Shown: positions 9,626 through 19,632 of the stretch, piece after piece
Layout: every line of letters starts with the position of its first letter
Position numbering within the stretch: position 1 is the stretch's first letter
Assembly: GCA_038319835.1 (NCBI GenBank)
Contig: JBBQDQ010000005.1
Coordinates: 1 to 56,397 of the forward strand
DNA length: 56,397 nt
Direction: 5' to 3'
DNA from: Thermoanaerobaculia bacterium
GTDB lineage: Bacteria > Acidobacteriota > Thermoanaerobaculia > UBA5066
Made by a program: the position numbers and the translations under genes
The notes under the pieces: model-generated
The model's database searches: none
Told to the model about the DNA's origin: nothing
What the model saw: the letters and a program-made list of their open reading frames with translations, nothing else

Positions 9626-10423
9626 GTGACGGACGCGCTTGGGCTCGCTGTCGTCACCGGAGCCTCCTCCGGAATCGGCGCTGCCCTTGCGCGCCTCCTC
9701 GCGGAGGAAGGCTGGCCGGTCCTGCTCGTCTCCCGCTCGGGCGACAGGCTGGAGGCGCTCGCGTCCGCGCTCAACGCCGCAAAGGGCGGCCATGCCGAGG
9801 TCCTCGCGGCGGACCTGGCGACCCCGGAGGGCCGCGACGCCCTCTGGAACGCCACGGAGGGCACCCTGCGGCCGGTCGCGCTGCTCGTCAACAACGCGGG
9901 CTTCGGCCTGAACGGGTCCGAGGCCGACCTGCCGTTCGAGAGGCTGCACGCGCTCCTCGAGCTGAATGTCGTCGCGACGGCGGAGCTCACGCACCGGTTC
10001 CTCGTCGCGATGAAGGCGCGGCGCGGGGGAGCGATCCTGAACGTCTCGTCGACGTCCGCGTTCTACCCGACGCCGTACTTCTCGGCCTACGGCGCGAGCA
10101 AGGCGTTCATCCTGAACTTCTCGCACGCCCTCCACGAGGAGGCCAGGGGGTACGGCGTCACGGTCACGTGCCTGTGTCCGGGCTTCACGAGGACGAACTT
10201 CGCCGCCGTCGCGGGGATGAAGGGCGCCGAGGCGACTCCGTTTCCCGAGATGACGGCCGAAGCCGTCGCGAAAATCGGCCTCGCGGCGGTGCGCAAGCGC
10301 AGGGCGGTCGTCGTGGCGCACCCCCTGGACCGTGTCTGGATCCTGTCCGGCCGCCTCGTTCCGAGCTGGGTGCCAGCGAAGCTCGGGGCGCGCTTTTTCC
10401 GGAAGACCCGGCTCGACGGCTAG
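9626..10423 (+). CDS. SDR family oxidoreductase (DltE-like)
   Basis: TGASSGIG, NNAGFG, YGASKAF, LCPGFTRT. Confidence 0.9.
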   Translation: MTDALGLAVVTGASSGIGAALARLLAEEGWPVLLVSRSGDRLEALASALNAAKGGHAEVLAADLATPEGRDALWNATEGTLRPVALLVNNAGFGLNGSEADLPFERLHALLELNVVATAELTHRFLVAMKARRGGAILNVSSTSAFYPTPYFSAYGASKAFILNFSHALHEEARGYGVTVTCLCPGFTRTNFAAVAGMKGAEATPFPEMTAEAVAKIGLAAVRKRRAVVVAHPLDRVWILSGRLVPSWVPAKLGARFFRKTRLDG

Positions 10424-11061
10424 TGAACGGGCGCTGCCGCGCCCCAGAGCTGCTTGAGACGCGAGTCGCGGCCGCAGCCGGAGCGGTAGAAGTTGTACCG
10501 GATCGGGTTCTTCTTGTAATAGCTCTGGTGGTAGTCCTCGGCCGCCCAGAAGACGCCCGCCTTGACGATCTCCGTCACGACCGGCGCCTTGAGGACGTGC
10601 GAGGCCTCGAGCGCCTTCCGCGACGCCTCGGCGGCCAGCCGCTGCGCCTCGTCGTGGACGAAGATCGCCGTGGTGTATGAGAAGCCCGAGTCGCAGAACT
10701 GCCCGCCGGCGTACGTCGGGTCGACGTTGTGCCAGAAGACGTCGAGGAGCTTCTCGTACGAGACCTTCTTCGGGTCGAAGACGACCTCGATCGCCTCGCG
10801 GTGGCCCGTGCCGCCCGCGCCGACCTCGTGGTACGTCGCGCCCGCCTTCGTCCCGCCCGTGTAGCCCACGGTCGTCGAGACGACGCCGGGAACGGCGTCG
10901 TACGGCCCCTGCATGCACCAGAAGCAGCCACCCGCGAACGTGGCTTTTGCGAGGCCGGCCGGAGGGGGCGGCGTGGCCCGCGTCGGCTCGTCCGCGCGGG
11001 CGAGCGCCGAGAGAAGCAGGAGGGCGAAGAGCGGCAGGAGGAAACGGGTGCGGCGGTGCAT
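10420..11061 (-). CDS. msrA: Peptide-methionine (S)-S-oxide reductase, exported
   Basis: FAGGCFWC, GYTGG, TGHREA, AEDYHQSYY; signal peptide from ATG 11061 with SD GGAG. Confidence 0.93.
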   Translation of the reverse strand: MHRRTRFLLPLFALLLLSALARADEPTRATPPPPAGLAKATFAGGCFWCMQGPYDAVPGVVSTTVGYTGGTKAGATYHEVGAGGTGHREAIEVVFDPKKVSYEKLLDVFWHNVDPTYAGGQFCDSGFSYTTAIFVHDEAQRLAAEASRKALEASHVLKAPVVTEIVKAGVFWAAEDYHQSYYKKNPIRYNFYRSGCGRDSRLKQLWGAAAPVH

Positions 11062-11129
11062 GTGGGTCTCCGGAGGGGGTACGGACGTTCTCCCCTCCCT
11101 GGATGCCGGAAGGGACCGGTTCTCTTCCC

Positions 11130-11642
11130 TCAGATACGGTAGGGACGCCGGAAAAGGTTCGTCAGCGCGTCCGCGACGGACTGGAAGGCGAGCGCGAGGC
11201 CGGAGGCCTCCTCGGGCGTGAACCACCCGACCTCGAGGGTCTCGTCCCCCGCGTGCGGCTCGCGGCTGCCCGCGGCCAGGGCGCCCCGGTAGACGGCCAC
11301 GACGACGGGCCGCCCCGGATACGAGAAGAGGCCGAGGAGCCCTTCGAGATCCGCGATCGCCCCGCACTCCTCGAGCGTCTCGCGCAGGGCGGCCTCCTCC
11401 ACGGTCTCGCCGCGGTCCACGTGGCCCCCGGGAAACGTCCACTTGCCGTAGCCGGGCTCGATCGCGCGCTTGACGAGCAGGACGCGCTCGTCGCGGACGA
11501 TCAGGACGCCCGCCGCGACCTTCGGGTCGATCCAGTGCACGGCGCCGCAGGCCGGGCAGACGGGCACGTTCCTCCCGGGACTCTTCTCGCGCGGCTCGAG
11601 CTTCCGGGCACACTGCGTGCAGAAGATCGGGAGCTCGTACAC
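11130..11642 (-). CDS. NUDIX hydrolase with N-terminal zinc ribbon
   Basis: CTQC...CPAC; Nudix box GGHVDRGETVEEAALRETLEECG. Confidence 0.9.
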   Translation of the reverse strand: MYELPIFCTQCARKLEPREKSPGRNVPVCPACGAVHWIDPKVAAGVLIVRDERVLLVKRAIEPGYGKWTFPGGHVDRGETVEEAALRETLEECGAIADLEGLLGLFSYPGRPVVVAVYRGALAAGSREPHAGDETLEVGWFTPEEASGLALAFQSVADALTNLFRRPYRI

Positions 11643-11652
11643 CAGCGTCAGG

Positions 11653-13173
11653 CTACCGCGTTTCGGCGCCGCGGGGTCGGGTGAACGAGACCCCTCCGTC
11701 GCGTCCGAGGCGGACGGCCCCGAGCCGCTCGGCCGCGAGCGCGCCGGACATCGCGGCGGCGAGCGTCCCCTGGCCGGGAAACGTCGTGTCGCCCACGAGC
11801 TGGAACCCGGGCAATCCGAGCGTCGGGTCCAGCGCGAAGAAGCCCGAGTTCCGCCGGGTGATCGGCAGCCCGCCCACGCGTCCGCCTCCGCGCCGTGTGA
11901 AGCGTCGGAACGTGCGGGGCGTCCCGACGTCCTCGTGCGCGACCGCCGCGTCGAGACCGGGGTAGAGGCGCGCGAGGACGACGCGCATGCGCGCGCGCGC
12001 CCTCTCCTTCTTCCTCGCGTAGCCGTCTCCCCGGAGGGAAGCCCACGCGCCTACGTCGACGTGCGTCGAGACGGAGAGGGTCTGGCCTCGGGGCGGCGCG
12101 GCCGGGTCGCCCGGAGGCGAGAAGGAGAGGAAGAGCGACTCCGGCGCGACGAGCCGGTGCAGGCGTCGCGGGTCCGGACTCACGACGCGCGAGAGCCCGA
12201 GATTGAGGACGACGGCCCCCCAGCCGTCCTCCTTCCCGCGGACCCGCGCCGAAACGCGGCCCGCGTCCTCGCCCTCGAGGAGGCGGGGTACGTTCGCCGC
12301 GGTGAGGTTGGCGACGACGTGTCGCGCACGGATCTCGTCGCCCGCCGCCGTGCGCAGCGTCCAGAGGGAGCCCGCGCGCGCGAGGCGCGTCACGGGTGTG
12401 CGTAGCCGGACGTCCGCGCCAGCTGTCGACGCCGCATCCGCGAACGCGGTGGCGAATGACTTCATGCCGCCCCGCGCCCGGGAGACTCCGCGCCGGAAGA
12501 GGTCGAGGCCGAGCGCGCCGTTCCACCAAGGGGCGACGTCCGGGCCCGACTGCACGGTGATGAGGAGCGAGAGGTCGACGAAGGCGCGGAACGCGGCGTG
12601 CGCGGACGGCGCGCCCGTGAGGGCCTCGACGTCGGAGACAGTGCGGTCGAATGTCGCGACGAGCGGAAGGACGAGAGATGGAGAAAGAGAAAGGCGTAGA
12701 GCTCTCAGGAGGTCGGAGGGGGACAGGAGCGGCAGACGCGGCCACCGGCGAGCCAGGCCCCACAGTCGATTACCGTCCCCTCTCACCCTTTCGAAGAAAT
12801 CTTCCGCCTTCGGGAAGATCCGGCGGACCTCGCCGCGCCACGCCTCCTCGTCCCGTCCGAAGCAGAAGGACTCCCCTCCGATCGTCACGTCCACTCCGTC
12901 CACGGGCTCTAACTCCAGGCCGCCAGGGCCCAACCGGACTCCCATTGCGTCTGCGAGGGCATGGAGAGGGTCGCCGGGGTCGAAGCCCACGAGCGTCGTG
13001 GCGCCCGCGTCGAACGTGAACCCTTTCGCCTCGTACCAGCCCGCTGTTCCGCCGGGCTTGTCGTGCGCCTCGAGGACGACGACGCTCCGCCCGGAGCGGG
13101 CGAGAAGCCCCGCGGCGGTCAGTCCCGCCGGGCCCGCCCCCACGACCGCGACATCCCAGGTGACAGGCGACAC
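11653..13173 (-). CDS. FAD-dependent phytoene-desaturase-family oxidoreductase (CrtD/CrtH-like)
   Basis: VVGAGPAGL, FDAGAT, GGMKSF, GTPRTFRRFTRR, VGDTTFPGQGT; GTG start at 13173 inferred. Confidence 0.85.
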   Translation of the reverse strand: MSPVTWDVAVVGAGPAGLTAAGLLARSGRSVVVLEAHDKPGGTAGWYEAKGFTFDAGATTLVGFDPGDPLHALADAMGVRLGPGGLELEPVDGVDVTIGGESFCFGRDEEAWRGEVRRIFPKAEDFFERVRGDGNRLWGLARRWPRLPLLSPSDLLRALRLSLSPSLVLPLVATFDRTVSDVEALTGAPSAHAAFRAFVDLSLLITVQSGPDVAPWWNGALGLDLFRRGVSRARGGMKSFATAFADAASTAGADVRLRTPVTRLARAGSLWTLRTAAGDEIRARHVVANLTAANVPRLLEGEDAGRVSARVRGKEDGWGAVVLNLGLSRVVSPDPRRLHRLVAPESLFLSFSPPGDPAAPPRGQTLSVSTHVDVGAWASLRGDGYARKKERARARMRVVLARLYPGLDAAVAHEDVGTPRTFRRFTRRGGGRVGGLPITRRNSGFFALDPTLGLPGFQLVGDTTFPGQGTLAAAMSGALAAERLGAVRLGRDGGVSFTRPRGAETR

Positions 13174-13219
13174 GCCGGAGCCTACGTTGGGGGAGCGTTT
13201 GGCGGTTTCTTTGATGTCC

Positions 13220-13248
13220 TTGACGGAACAGGGCCGGGTAACGAGAAT
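13220..13248 (+). promoter_or_regulatory. Putative sigma70 promoter for the TPR-glmU-glmS operon
   Basis: TTGACG (13220-13225), 17-nt spacer, GAGAAT (13243-13248). Confidence 0.5.
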
Positions 13249-13291
13249 CTGCCGTCCTTGCGGGCCTCCGGCCCGCCTCCCCGGAGGGCCC

Positions 13292-13975
13292 TTGACCAAT
13301 ACACGCAAGTGGACCGAAGACGACGCCCGGTGGCTCAGAGCCAACTTCGGGCGCATGGACTCCCAGACGCTGTCACGCAAGCTGGGCCTTTCTCTCGAGG
13401 ATCTCGAGAAGAAGGTCAAACAGCTCAAGCTCGTGGCGCCCGAGCCGGACAAGGCGCGCAAGGCGCCGGCTTCGCTCAAGGAAGCCGTCCGCGAGTTCTC
13501 GGCGGCGCGCAAGGAGTACGAGAAGGCCATCGAACTCTTCCACAAGCGCCACTTCGACGACGCGGCGCGGCGGTTCGAAGACTTGATCGAGAAGCATCCC
13601 GAGGAGAAGGAGTTCCTCGACCGGGCGCGCATGTATCTCACGGCCTGCCGGAACGGCAAGAAGGCGAAGGCCGCCGCCATGGAAAGCCCGGAGGAGGTCT
13701 ACCACGCGGCCGTGTTCGAGAAGAACCGCGGCAACGTCGAGAAGGCCCTCGAGCTGCTCCGCAAGAACGCGGGAAAGAAGGACGGCGACGGACGCGGGCA
13801 CTACCTCGCGGCCTGCTGCTTCGCGCTGCAGGGGGACGCCGAGCAGGCGCTCCAGTCGCTCCGCAAGGCGATCGCAGCCGACGACCAGAATCGCATCCAG
13901 GCGCGCCTCGAGGCCGACCTCTCGGTCCTGCGCGGTACGCAGGGGTTCACGGAGCTCGTCGCGGGAGGCGCGTGA
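13292..13975 (+). CDS. TPR protein with N-terminal Myb/GcrA-like helix-turn-helix
   Basis: TTG start after GGAG; KWTEDDARWLRANF...LSRKLGLS...KVKQLKL; TPR helices ending HYLAACCFALQG...ARLEADL. Confidence 0.75.
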   Translation: MTNTRKWTEDDARWLRANFGRMDSQTLSRKLGLSLEDLEKKVKQLKLVAPEPDKARKAPASLKEAVREFSAARKEYEKAIELFHKRHFDDAARRFEDLIEKHPEEKEFLDRARMYLTACRNGKKAKAAAMESPEEVYHAAVFEKNRGNVEKALELLRKNAGKKDGDGRGHYLAACCFALQGDAEQALQSLRKAIAADDQNRIQARLEADLSVLRGTQGFTELVAGGA

Positions 13976-15363
13976 CGACCGTCGTCCTCCTCGCCGCGGG
14001 CCGCGGCGTGAGGATGAGGTCGTCTCGGCCGAAGGTGCTGCACGAGGCGGCGGGCCGTCCGCTCCTCGACCGCGCCCTCGACACCGCGTTCGCGATCACG
14101 GGCGACGCGGCGGCCGTCGTCGCCGTCGTCTCGAAGGAAGGCGCCGCCGTCGGCGCGTACTTGAAGGCGAACCATCCGCGCGTCCGGATCGCCGTACAGG
14201 ACCCCCCGCGCGGGACGGGCGACGCGGTCCGCGCCGCCGCGGGCGCGTTCGGGAAGGCGAAGACCATCGTCGTCCTCTCGGGCGATGTGCCGCTTCTCGA
14301 CGCCGGGATCGTGGCGAGCCTCGTCGCCGGTCTCGAGAAGGACAAGAAGGCCGCGGTGGCCGTGCTGACGGCGCGGCTCGGGGACCCGACGGGATACGGA
14401 CGCATCGTGCGGAACAAGAAGCGTGCGTTCGTGAAGATCAAAGAAGAGAAAGATTCCTCGAGTGAAGAGAGAAAAATCACCGAGGTCAACACCGGGACCT
14501 ATGCGTTTGACCGGGCGTTTCTCGAGCGGTCTCTGCCCCTCCTCACCTCCAAGAACTCCCAGAACGAGTTCTATCTGACGGACGTGCTCGCGCTCGCGCT
14601 CAAGGCGAAGCGAACGGTCGTCACCGTCGAAGGCGACCCGCTCTCGGCCCTCGGCGTGAACTCCCGGGAGGATCTCGCCGCCGTGGACCGCCTCCTCCGC
14701 GACCGCGCGGCCCGCGCGGCCCTGCGCGCCGGGACGACGATCCTCCGCCCCGAGACCGTGACGCTCGACGAGACGGTCGTCTTCGAGGCTGACACGCTCG
14801 TCGAGCCGTTCGTGACGCTCCTCGGGGCGACCCGCGTCGGGAGCGGCACGGTGATCGGCCAGGGGACGATCGCGAAGAACACCGTCTTCGGGAAGAACGT
14901 GACCGTGAAGCCCTACTGCGTCATCGAATCCGCAATCGTGGGCGACGGCTCGATCGTCGGCCCGTTCGCGCGCCTCCGCGAGGGGACGGACCTCGCGGCG
15001 GGTGTCCACGTCGGGACCTTCGTCGAGACGAAGAAGGCGAAGCTTCACGAGGACGTCAAGGCAAATCACCTCTCGTACCTCGGCGACACCGAGATCGGGG
15101 CCCGCACGAACGTCGGGGCGGGCGTCATCACGTGCAACTACGACGGCTTCGCGAAGCACCGGACCACGATCGGGCGGGACGTCTTCGTCGGCTCGGACGT
15201 CCAGCTGGTCGCTCCCGTGGCCGTGGGAGACGGCGCGATCGTCGGCGCCGGAACGACCGTGACCGCGGACGTCCCGAAAGACGCCCTCGCCATCTCGCGC
15301 ACGCCGCAGAAGAACGTAGAGGGCGGAGGCGCCCTCTACCGGGCCCGGAAGAAGAAGAGCTGA
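13972..15363 (+). CDS. glmU: Bifunctional UDP-GlcNAc pyrophosphorylase / GlcN-1-P acetyltransferase
   Basis: LAAGRGVRMRSSRPKVLH, EVNTGTY, EFYLTD, HLSYLGD, TCNYDG, hexapeptide repeats; GTGA overlap with the upstream gene. Confidence 0.95.
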   Translation: MTTVVLLAAGRGVRMRSSRPKVLHEAAGRPLLDRALDTAFAITGDAAAVVAVVSKEGAAVGAYLKANHPRVRIAVQDPPRGTGDAVRAAAGAFGKAKTIVVLSGDVPLLDAGIVASLVAGLEKDKKAAVAVLTARLGDPTGYGRIVRNKKRAFVKIKEEKDSSSEERKITEVNTGTYAFDRAFLERSLPLLTSKNSQNEFYLTDVLALALKAKRTVVTVEGDPLSALGVNSREDLAAVDRLLRDRAARAALRAGTTILRPETVTLDETVVFEADTLVEPFVTLLGATRVGSGTVIGQGTIAKNTVFGKNVTVKPYCVIESAIVGDGSIVGPFARLREGTDLAAGVHVGTFVETKKAKLHEDVKANHLSYLGDTEIGARTNVGAGVITCNYDGFAKHRTTIGRDVFVGSDVQLVAPVAVGDGAIVGAGTTVTADVPKDALAISRTPQKNVEGGGALYRARKKKS

Positions 15364-15367
15364 CGCG

Positions 15368-17212
15368 ATGTGCGGGATCGTGGGCTACGTGGGCCCGCGC
15401 GAGGCGACGCCGATCCTCCTCGACGGCCTCAAGCGCCTCGAGTACCGCGGCTACGACTCCGCCGGCATCGCGGTCGTCGGGGACGACGGCGACGTCCGTG
15501 TCGCCCGCAGCGAGGGCAAGCTCGGCAACCTGACGGAGAAGATCGCGAGCGCGCCGCCCCCGGGCCGATTCGGGATCGGGCACACGCGGTGGGCGACGCA
15601 CGGGCGCCCGTCCGAGGAAAACGCGCACCCGCACCGCGACGCGTCCGGCCGGATCGTCGTCATCCACAACGGCATCATCGAGAATTTCCTCCCGCTCAAA
15701 CAGGGCCTGCAGCGCGAGGGAGTGAAGTTCCTGTCGGAGACGGACACGGAGGTCGTCGCCCACGCGCTCGCGGCGGCCCGCCACGCAGCGCCGGAGAAGC
15801 CGTTCGCCGAGATCGTGCGGGAGACGGTCTCGGGACTGAAGGGGATGTACGCGCTCGTCCTCTTCTCGGCGGACGAGCCCGGGGTCCTGTACGCTCTCAA
15901 GTGGGGGCCGCCCATCGTCCTCGGCCTCGGGAAGGGCGAGAACTTCGTCGCCTCGGACGCGACGGCCCTCCTCCCGCACACCCGGGACCTGATCTTCCTC
16001 GAGGACGGGGACCTTGCGCGCATCACGGCCGATGCCGTCACCGTGACCGGTTTCGACGGCGTGCCGCGCTCGCGGCCCGCGAGCCGCGTGCCGTGGGACG
16101 CCGTCTCGGCGGAGAAGGGCGGCTACCCGCACTTCATGGCCAAGGAGATCGCCGAGCAGCCGACCGTCGTGATCGAGACGATCGGCAACAAGCTGTCGCT
16201 CGAGACGGGTCTCTTCAACGAAGACGAGATGGGCGTCCCGAAGGCGCTCCTCCGCGAGATCGACCGCATCCAGATCGTGGCCTGCGGGACCAGCTGGCAC
16301 GCCGGGCTCGTCGCGAAGTTCCTCCTCGAGGAGATCGCGCGCCTCCGGACGGACGTCGACTACGCGTCCGAGTTCCGGTACCGCGCGCCGCTCGTCGACA
16401 AGCGGACGCTCGTCGTCGGGATCTCGCAATCGGGCGAGACGGCCGATACGGTTGCGGCGCTCAAGGAGACGAAGGCGCTGGGCGGCCGGACGGTGGGCGT
16501 CGTGAACGTGCCGGGCTCGGCGATCGCGCGCCTCGTGGACGGCGTCCTCGCGACGCACGCGGGCCCGGAGGTGGGAGTCGCGTCCACGAAGGCCTTCACG
16601 ACGCAGCTCGTCGCGCTCGTCCTCTTCGCCCTCTACGTGAAGTCGGTGCGCTCGGGCGCCGAAACGCCCGTCGACGTGGACTTCCTCACGGCGCTCGCCC
16701 GCCTTCCGGCTGCCCTCCGCGAGACGCTCGAGCTCGAGCCCGCCATCGAGAAGCTTTCGGCGCGGTTCGAGAAGGTCTCCCACGCTCTCTTCCTCGGGCG
16801 CGGGGCGCACTACCCGATTGCCCTCGAGGGCGCGCTCAAGCTCAAGGAAATCTCGTACATCCACGCGGAGGGGTATCCGGCGGGCGAGATGAAGCACGGG
16901 CCGATCGCGCTGATCGACGAAGCGATGCCGATCGTCGGGATCGCGCCCATGGACGCGCTCTACGACAAGGTCGCGTCGAATCTCCGGGAGGTCAAGGCAC
17001 GCTCCGGGATCCTCTTCGCGCTCGTGAACCCGGGCGACGCGGACGTATCGACCTTTGCGGACGTGGTGCTGACCATTCCGAAGACGCACCACGTCCTTCA
17101 GCCCGTCGTCTCGGTCGTCCCCCTCCAGCTCCTCGCGTACCACGTCGCCCGCCGCCGCGGGTGCGACGTCGACCAGCCCCGCAACCTCGCCAAGTCGGTC
17201 ACGGTCGAGTAG
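15368..17212 (+). CDS. glmS: Glutamine--fructose-6-phosphate transaminase
   Basis: MCGIVG, GHTRWATHG, SQSGETAD, PRNLAKSVTVE. Confidence 0.97.
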   Translation: MCGIVGYVGPREATPILLDGLKRLEYRGYDSAGIAVVGDDGDVRVARSEGKLGNLTEKIASAPPPGRFGIGHTRWATHGRPSEENAHPHRDASGRIVVIHNGIIENFLPLKQGLQREGVKFLSETDTEVVAHALAAARHAAPEKPFAEIVRETVSGLKGMYALVLFSADEPGVLYALKWGPPIVLGLGKGENFVASDATALLPHTRDLIFLEDGDLARITADAVTVTGFDGVPRSRPASRVPWDAVSAEKGGYPHFMAKEIAEQPTVVIETIGNKLSLETGLFNEDEMGVPKALLREIDRIQIVACGTSWHAGLVAKFLLEEIARLRTDVDYASEFRYRAPLVDKRTLVVGISQSGETADTVAALKETKALGGRTVGVVNVPGSAIARLVDGVLATHAGPEVGVASTKAFTTQLVALVLFALYVKSVRSGAETPVDVDFLTALARLPAALRETLELEPAIEKLSARFEKVSHALFLGRGAHYPIALEGALKLKEISYIHAEGYPAGEMKHGPIALIDEAMPIVGIAPMDALYDKVASNLREVKARSGILFALVNPGDADVSTFADVVLTIPKTHHVLQPVVSVVPLQLLAYHVARRRGCDVDQPRNLAKSVTVE

Positions 17213-17250
17213 ACGCCGGCCTCGCGGCCGGTGCGCTACCATCGCGCCCC

Positions 17251-19623
17251 TTGGTCGCCCGCCCGGAAGATCTCCTCGAAGGCCTCAATCCCGAACAGGC
17301 CGCCGCCGTCTCGCACGGTGAAGGGCCGCTTCTCGTCCTCGCGGGAGCCGGTTCGGGGAAGACGCGCGTCCTGACCCGCCGTCTCGCGTGGCTCGTCGCG
17401 CAGGGCGTCCCGCAGGAGGGGATCGTCGCGGTCACGTTCACGAACAAGGCCGCCGGCGAGATGAAAGAGCGCGTCGGAAACCTCCTCGGCACGGACCGCC
17501 CGCGCTCTTACGTCGGGACGTTCCACGCCTGGGGCGTGCGCCTCCTGCGCCGCTTCGCGGACGAGGCCGGTCTCCCGCGCGGCTTCGTCGTCTTCGACTC
17601 GGACGACCAGCTCGCGGTCGTCAAGCGCGTCATGAAGGAGGTCGCGATCCCGGAGAAGTCCGCGACCCCGCGCCAGATCCAGTCGAAGATCTCGGCCGCC
17701 AAGAACGAAGGGATCTCGCCCGACGACTTTCCGCGCCGCTTCGGCGACTTCCTCGGCTCGCGCCTCGCGGACGTGGCCCGCGGGTACGAAAGGCAGCTGC
17801 GGGCGGCACAGGCGCTCGACTTCGACGACCTCCTCGTCCTCTCGGCGAAGCTCGTCGGCTCGAACGAAAAAGTGCGCGACCTCCTCCGGCGCAGCATCCG
17901 GCATCTCCTCGTCGACGAGTACCAGGACACGAACCGCGTCCAGGCGAAGCTCGTGAAGCACGTCACGGGCGAGGCCGGGAACCTCTTCGTCGTCGGCGAC
18001 GAGGACCAGTCCATCTACCGCTGGCGCGGTGCGGACGTGTCGAACATCCTGGAGTTCACGCGCGAGTTCCCGATGGCGAAGACGGTTCGCCTCGAGCGCA
18101 ACTACCGCTCCACGGCGCCGATCCTCAAGGCGGCCGGCGCGGTCGTGGCCGAGAACAAGCGCCGCCTCGGCAAGACACTCAAGGCCACGAAGCCGGGCGG
18201 CGAGAAGGTCAAGCTCGTCGCGTTCGACGAGGAGCGGGATGAGGCCCGCGAGATCGTCCAGCGCGTCGCCGCGGCCCGGCGCGCCCGGCCCCAGGGTGAG
18301 GTCGCGGTCCTTTTCCGGACGAACGCGCAGTCGCGGCCGTTCGAGGACGAGCTCCTGCGCGCGAACATGCCGTACATCCTCGTCGGCGGGACGAAGTTCT
18401 ACGAGCGGGCCGAGATCAAGGACCTCCTCGCGTACCTGCGCCTCGCGCGGAATCCGGCCGACGGCGTGTCGTTCCGACGGGTCGTCAACGTCCCGGCGCG
18501 CGGCGTGGGCGCCGCCACGCTCGAGGCGCTCGAGGCCCACGCCATCGAGAAGGGGGTCCCTCTCCTCGAGGCTCTCGGCGAGCTGCCGTCCGGCATGACG
18601 GAGCGCGCGAAGAAGGCACTGACGGAGTTCCGGGAGCTCGTGAAGCGCCTCGCGGACTTCGGCGCGGGCGAGAGCAACGGCGCCGGAGCGGCGGTGGCGT
18701 TCGCGCTGGAGGAGACCGGCCTCACGAAACTCTACGAAAACCCGCTCGACCCGCAGGACGAGGCCCGCCGCGAGAACCTCGACGAGCTCCTCGCCGCCGC
18801 GCGCGAGCACGAGCGCGCGGCGTCCTACGGCGGGGAGGGCGACGACCCGACGATCGCGGGTTTCCTCGACGCCGTGACGCTCCGCGCGGACGCCGACGAG
18901 GCGGACGAGAAGAAGGGGATCCTCCTCATCACGCTTCACGCGGCCAAGGGCCTCGAGTTCGACGACGTCTTCCTCGCGGGGGCCGAGGACGGCTCCCTTC
19001 CTCACGCCTCCTCGCGCGACGACGACGACCAGTTCGAGGAAGAGCGCCGCCTCGCGTACGTCGGAATGACGCGCGCCAAGGAGCGCCTGACGATCTCGTG
19101 GGTGCGGCGGCGGATGGTGCGCGGCGAGTGGATGAGCCGCGACCGGTCCCCGTTCCTCGACGCGATTCCCGGGGAGGTCGTCGAGTACGAGGATCGGACG
19201 TCCGGGTTCGGAGGAGGGAGAGGAGGGGATTTCTCAGAAGGGGAAGGGGGGATGGGCGCGTTCGGCGGCGGGCGGCGGCCGTTCGGCGGAGGCCTGGCCG
19301 GCGGCTCTCTGTTTCCCGACTACGAAAACGAATCCCAGGAGGCTTCGTCCTCGCGCCAGCCCTATTCACCTTCCAAGAAATCCCTCTTCGGCCGTCCCCC
19401 AATCCGGAACATCACCCCCGTCCGCGGCGTCATGAAGCGCACGCCGCCGCCGCCGACGGCATCGGGTTTCCGGCGCGGCTCGAAGGTGCTGCACCCCGAC
19501 TACGGCGTGGGCGTCGTCCTGACGGTGGAGGGCTCCGGCGACGCCGAGAAGCTGGTCGTCTACTTCGACCGCGCGGGCCGCAAGAAGTTCGTCGCGAAGT
19601 TCGCGAACCTGTCCCCCGCCTGA
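17251..19623 (+). CDS. uvrD: UvrD/PcrA SF1 DNA helicase
   Basis: LAGAGSGKT, TFTNKAA, VDEYQDTN, NYRST, TLHAAKGLEF, EERRLAYVGMTRA, C-terminal Tudor-like domain. TTG start at 17251 inferred. Confidence 0.93.
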   Translation: MVARPEDLLEGLNPEQAAAVSHGEGPLLVLAGAGSGKTRVLTRRLAWLVAQGVPQEGIVAVTFTNKAAGEMKERVGNLLGTDRPRSYVGTFHAWGVRLLRRFADEAGLPRGFVVFDSDDQLAVVKRVMKEVAIPEKSATPRQIQSKISAAKNEGISPDDFPRRFGDFLGSRLADVARGYERQLRAAQALDFDDLLVLSAKLVGSNEKVRDLLRRSIRHLLVDEYQDTNRVQAKLVKHVTGEAGNLFVVGDEDQSIYRWRGADVSNILEFTREFPMAKTVRLERNYRSTAPILKAAGAVVAENKRRLGKTLKATKPGGEKVKLVAFDEERDEAREIVQRVAAARRARPQGEVAVLFRTNAQSRPFEDELLRANMPYILVGGTKFYERAEIKDLLAYLRLARNPADGVSFRRVVNVPARGVGAATLEALEAHAIEKGVPLLEALGELPSGMTERAKKALTEFRELVKRLADFGAGESNGAGAAVAFALEETGLTKLYENPLDPQDEARRENLDELLAAAREHERAASYGGEGDDPTIAGFLDAVTLRADADEADEKKGILLITLHAAKGLEFDDVFLAGAEDGSLPHASSRDDDDQFEEERRLAYVGMTRAKERLTISWVRRRMVRGEWMSRDRSPFLDAIPGEVVEYEDRTSGFGGGRGGDFSEGEGGMGAFGGGRRPFGGGLAGGSLFPDYENESQEASSSRQPYSPSKKSLFGRPPIRNITPVRGVMKRTPPPPTASGFRRGSKVLHPDYGVGVVLTVEGSGDAEKLVVYFDRAGRKKFVAKFANLSPA

Positions 19624-19632
19624 CGCCGCGGC

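Noticed and set aside
15360-15370. glmS ribozyme
   Set aside because: Only 4 nt separate glmU and glmS.
15370-17250. Apparent N-terminal extension making UvrD 1417 aa
   Set aside because: This is an alternate frame of glmS; helicase similarity starts near 17251.
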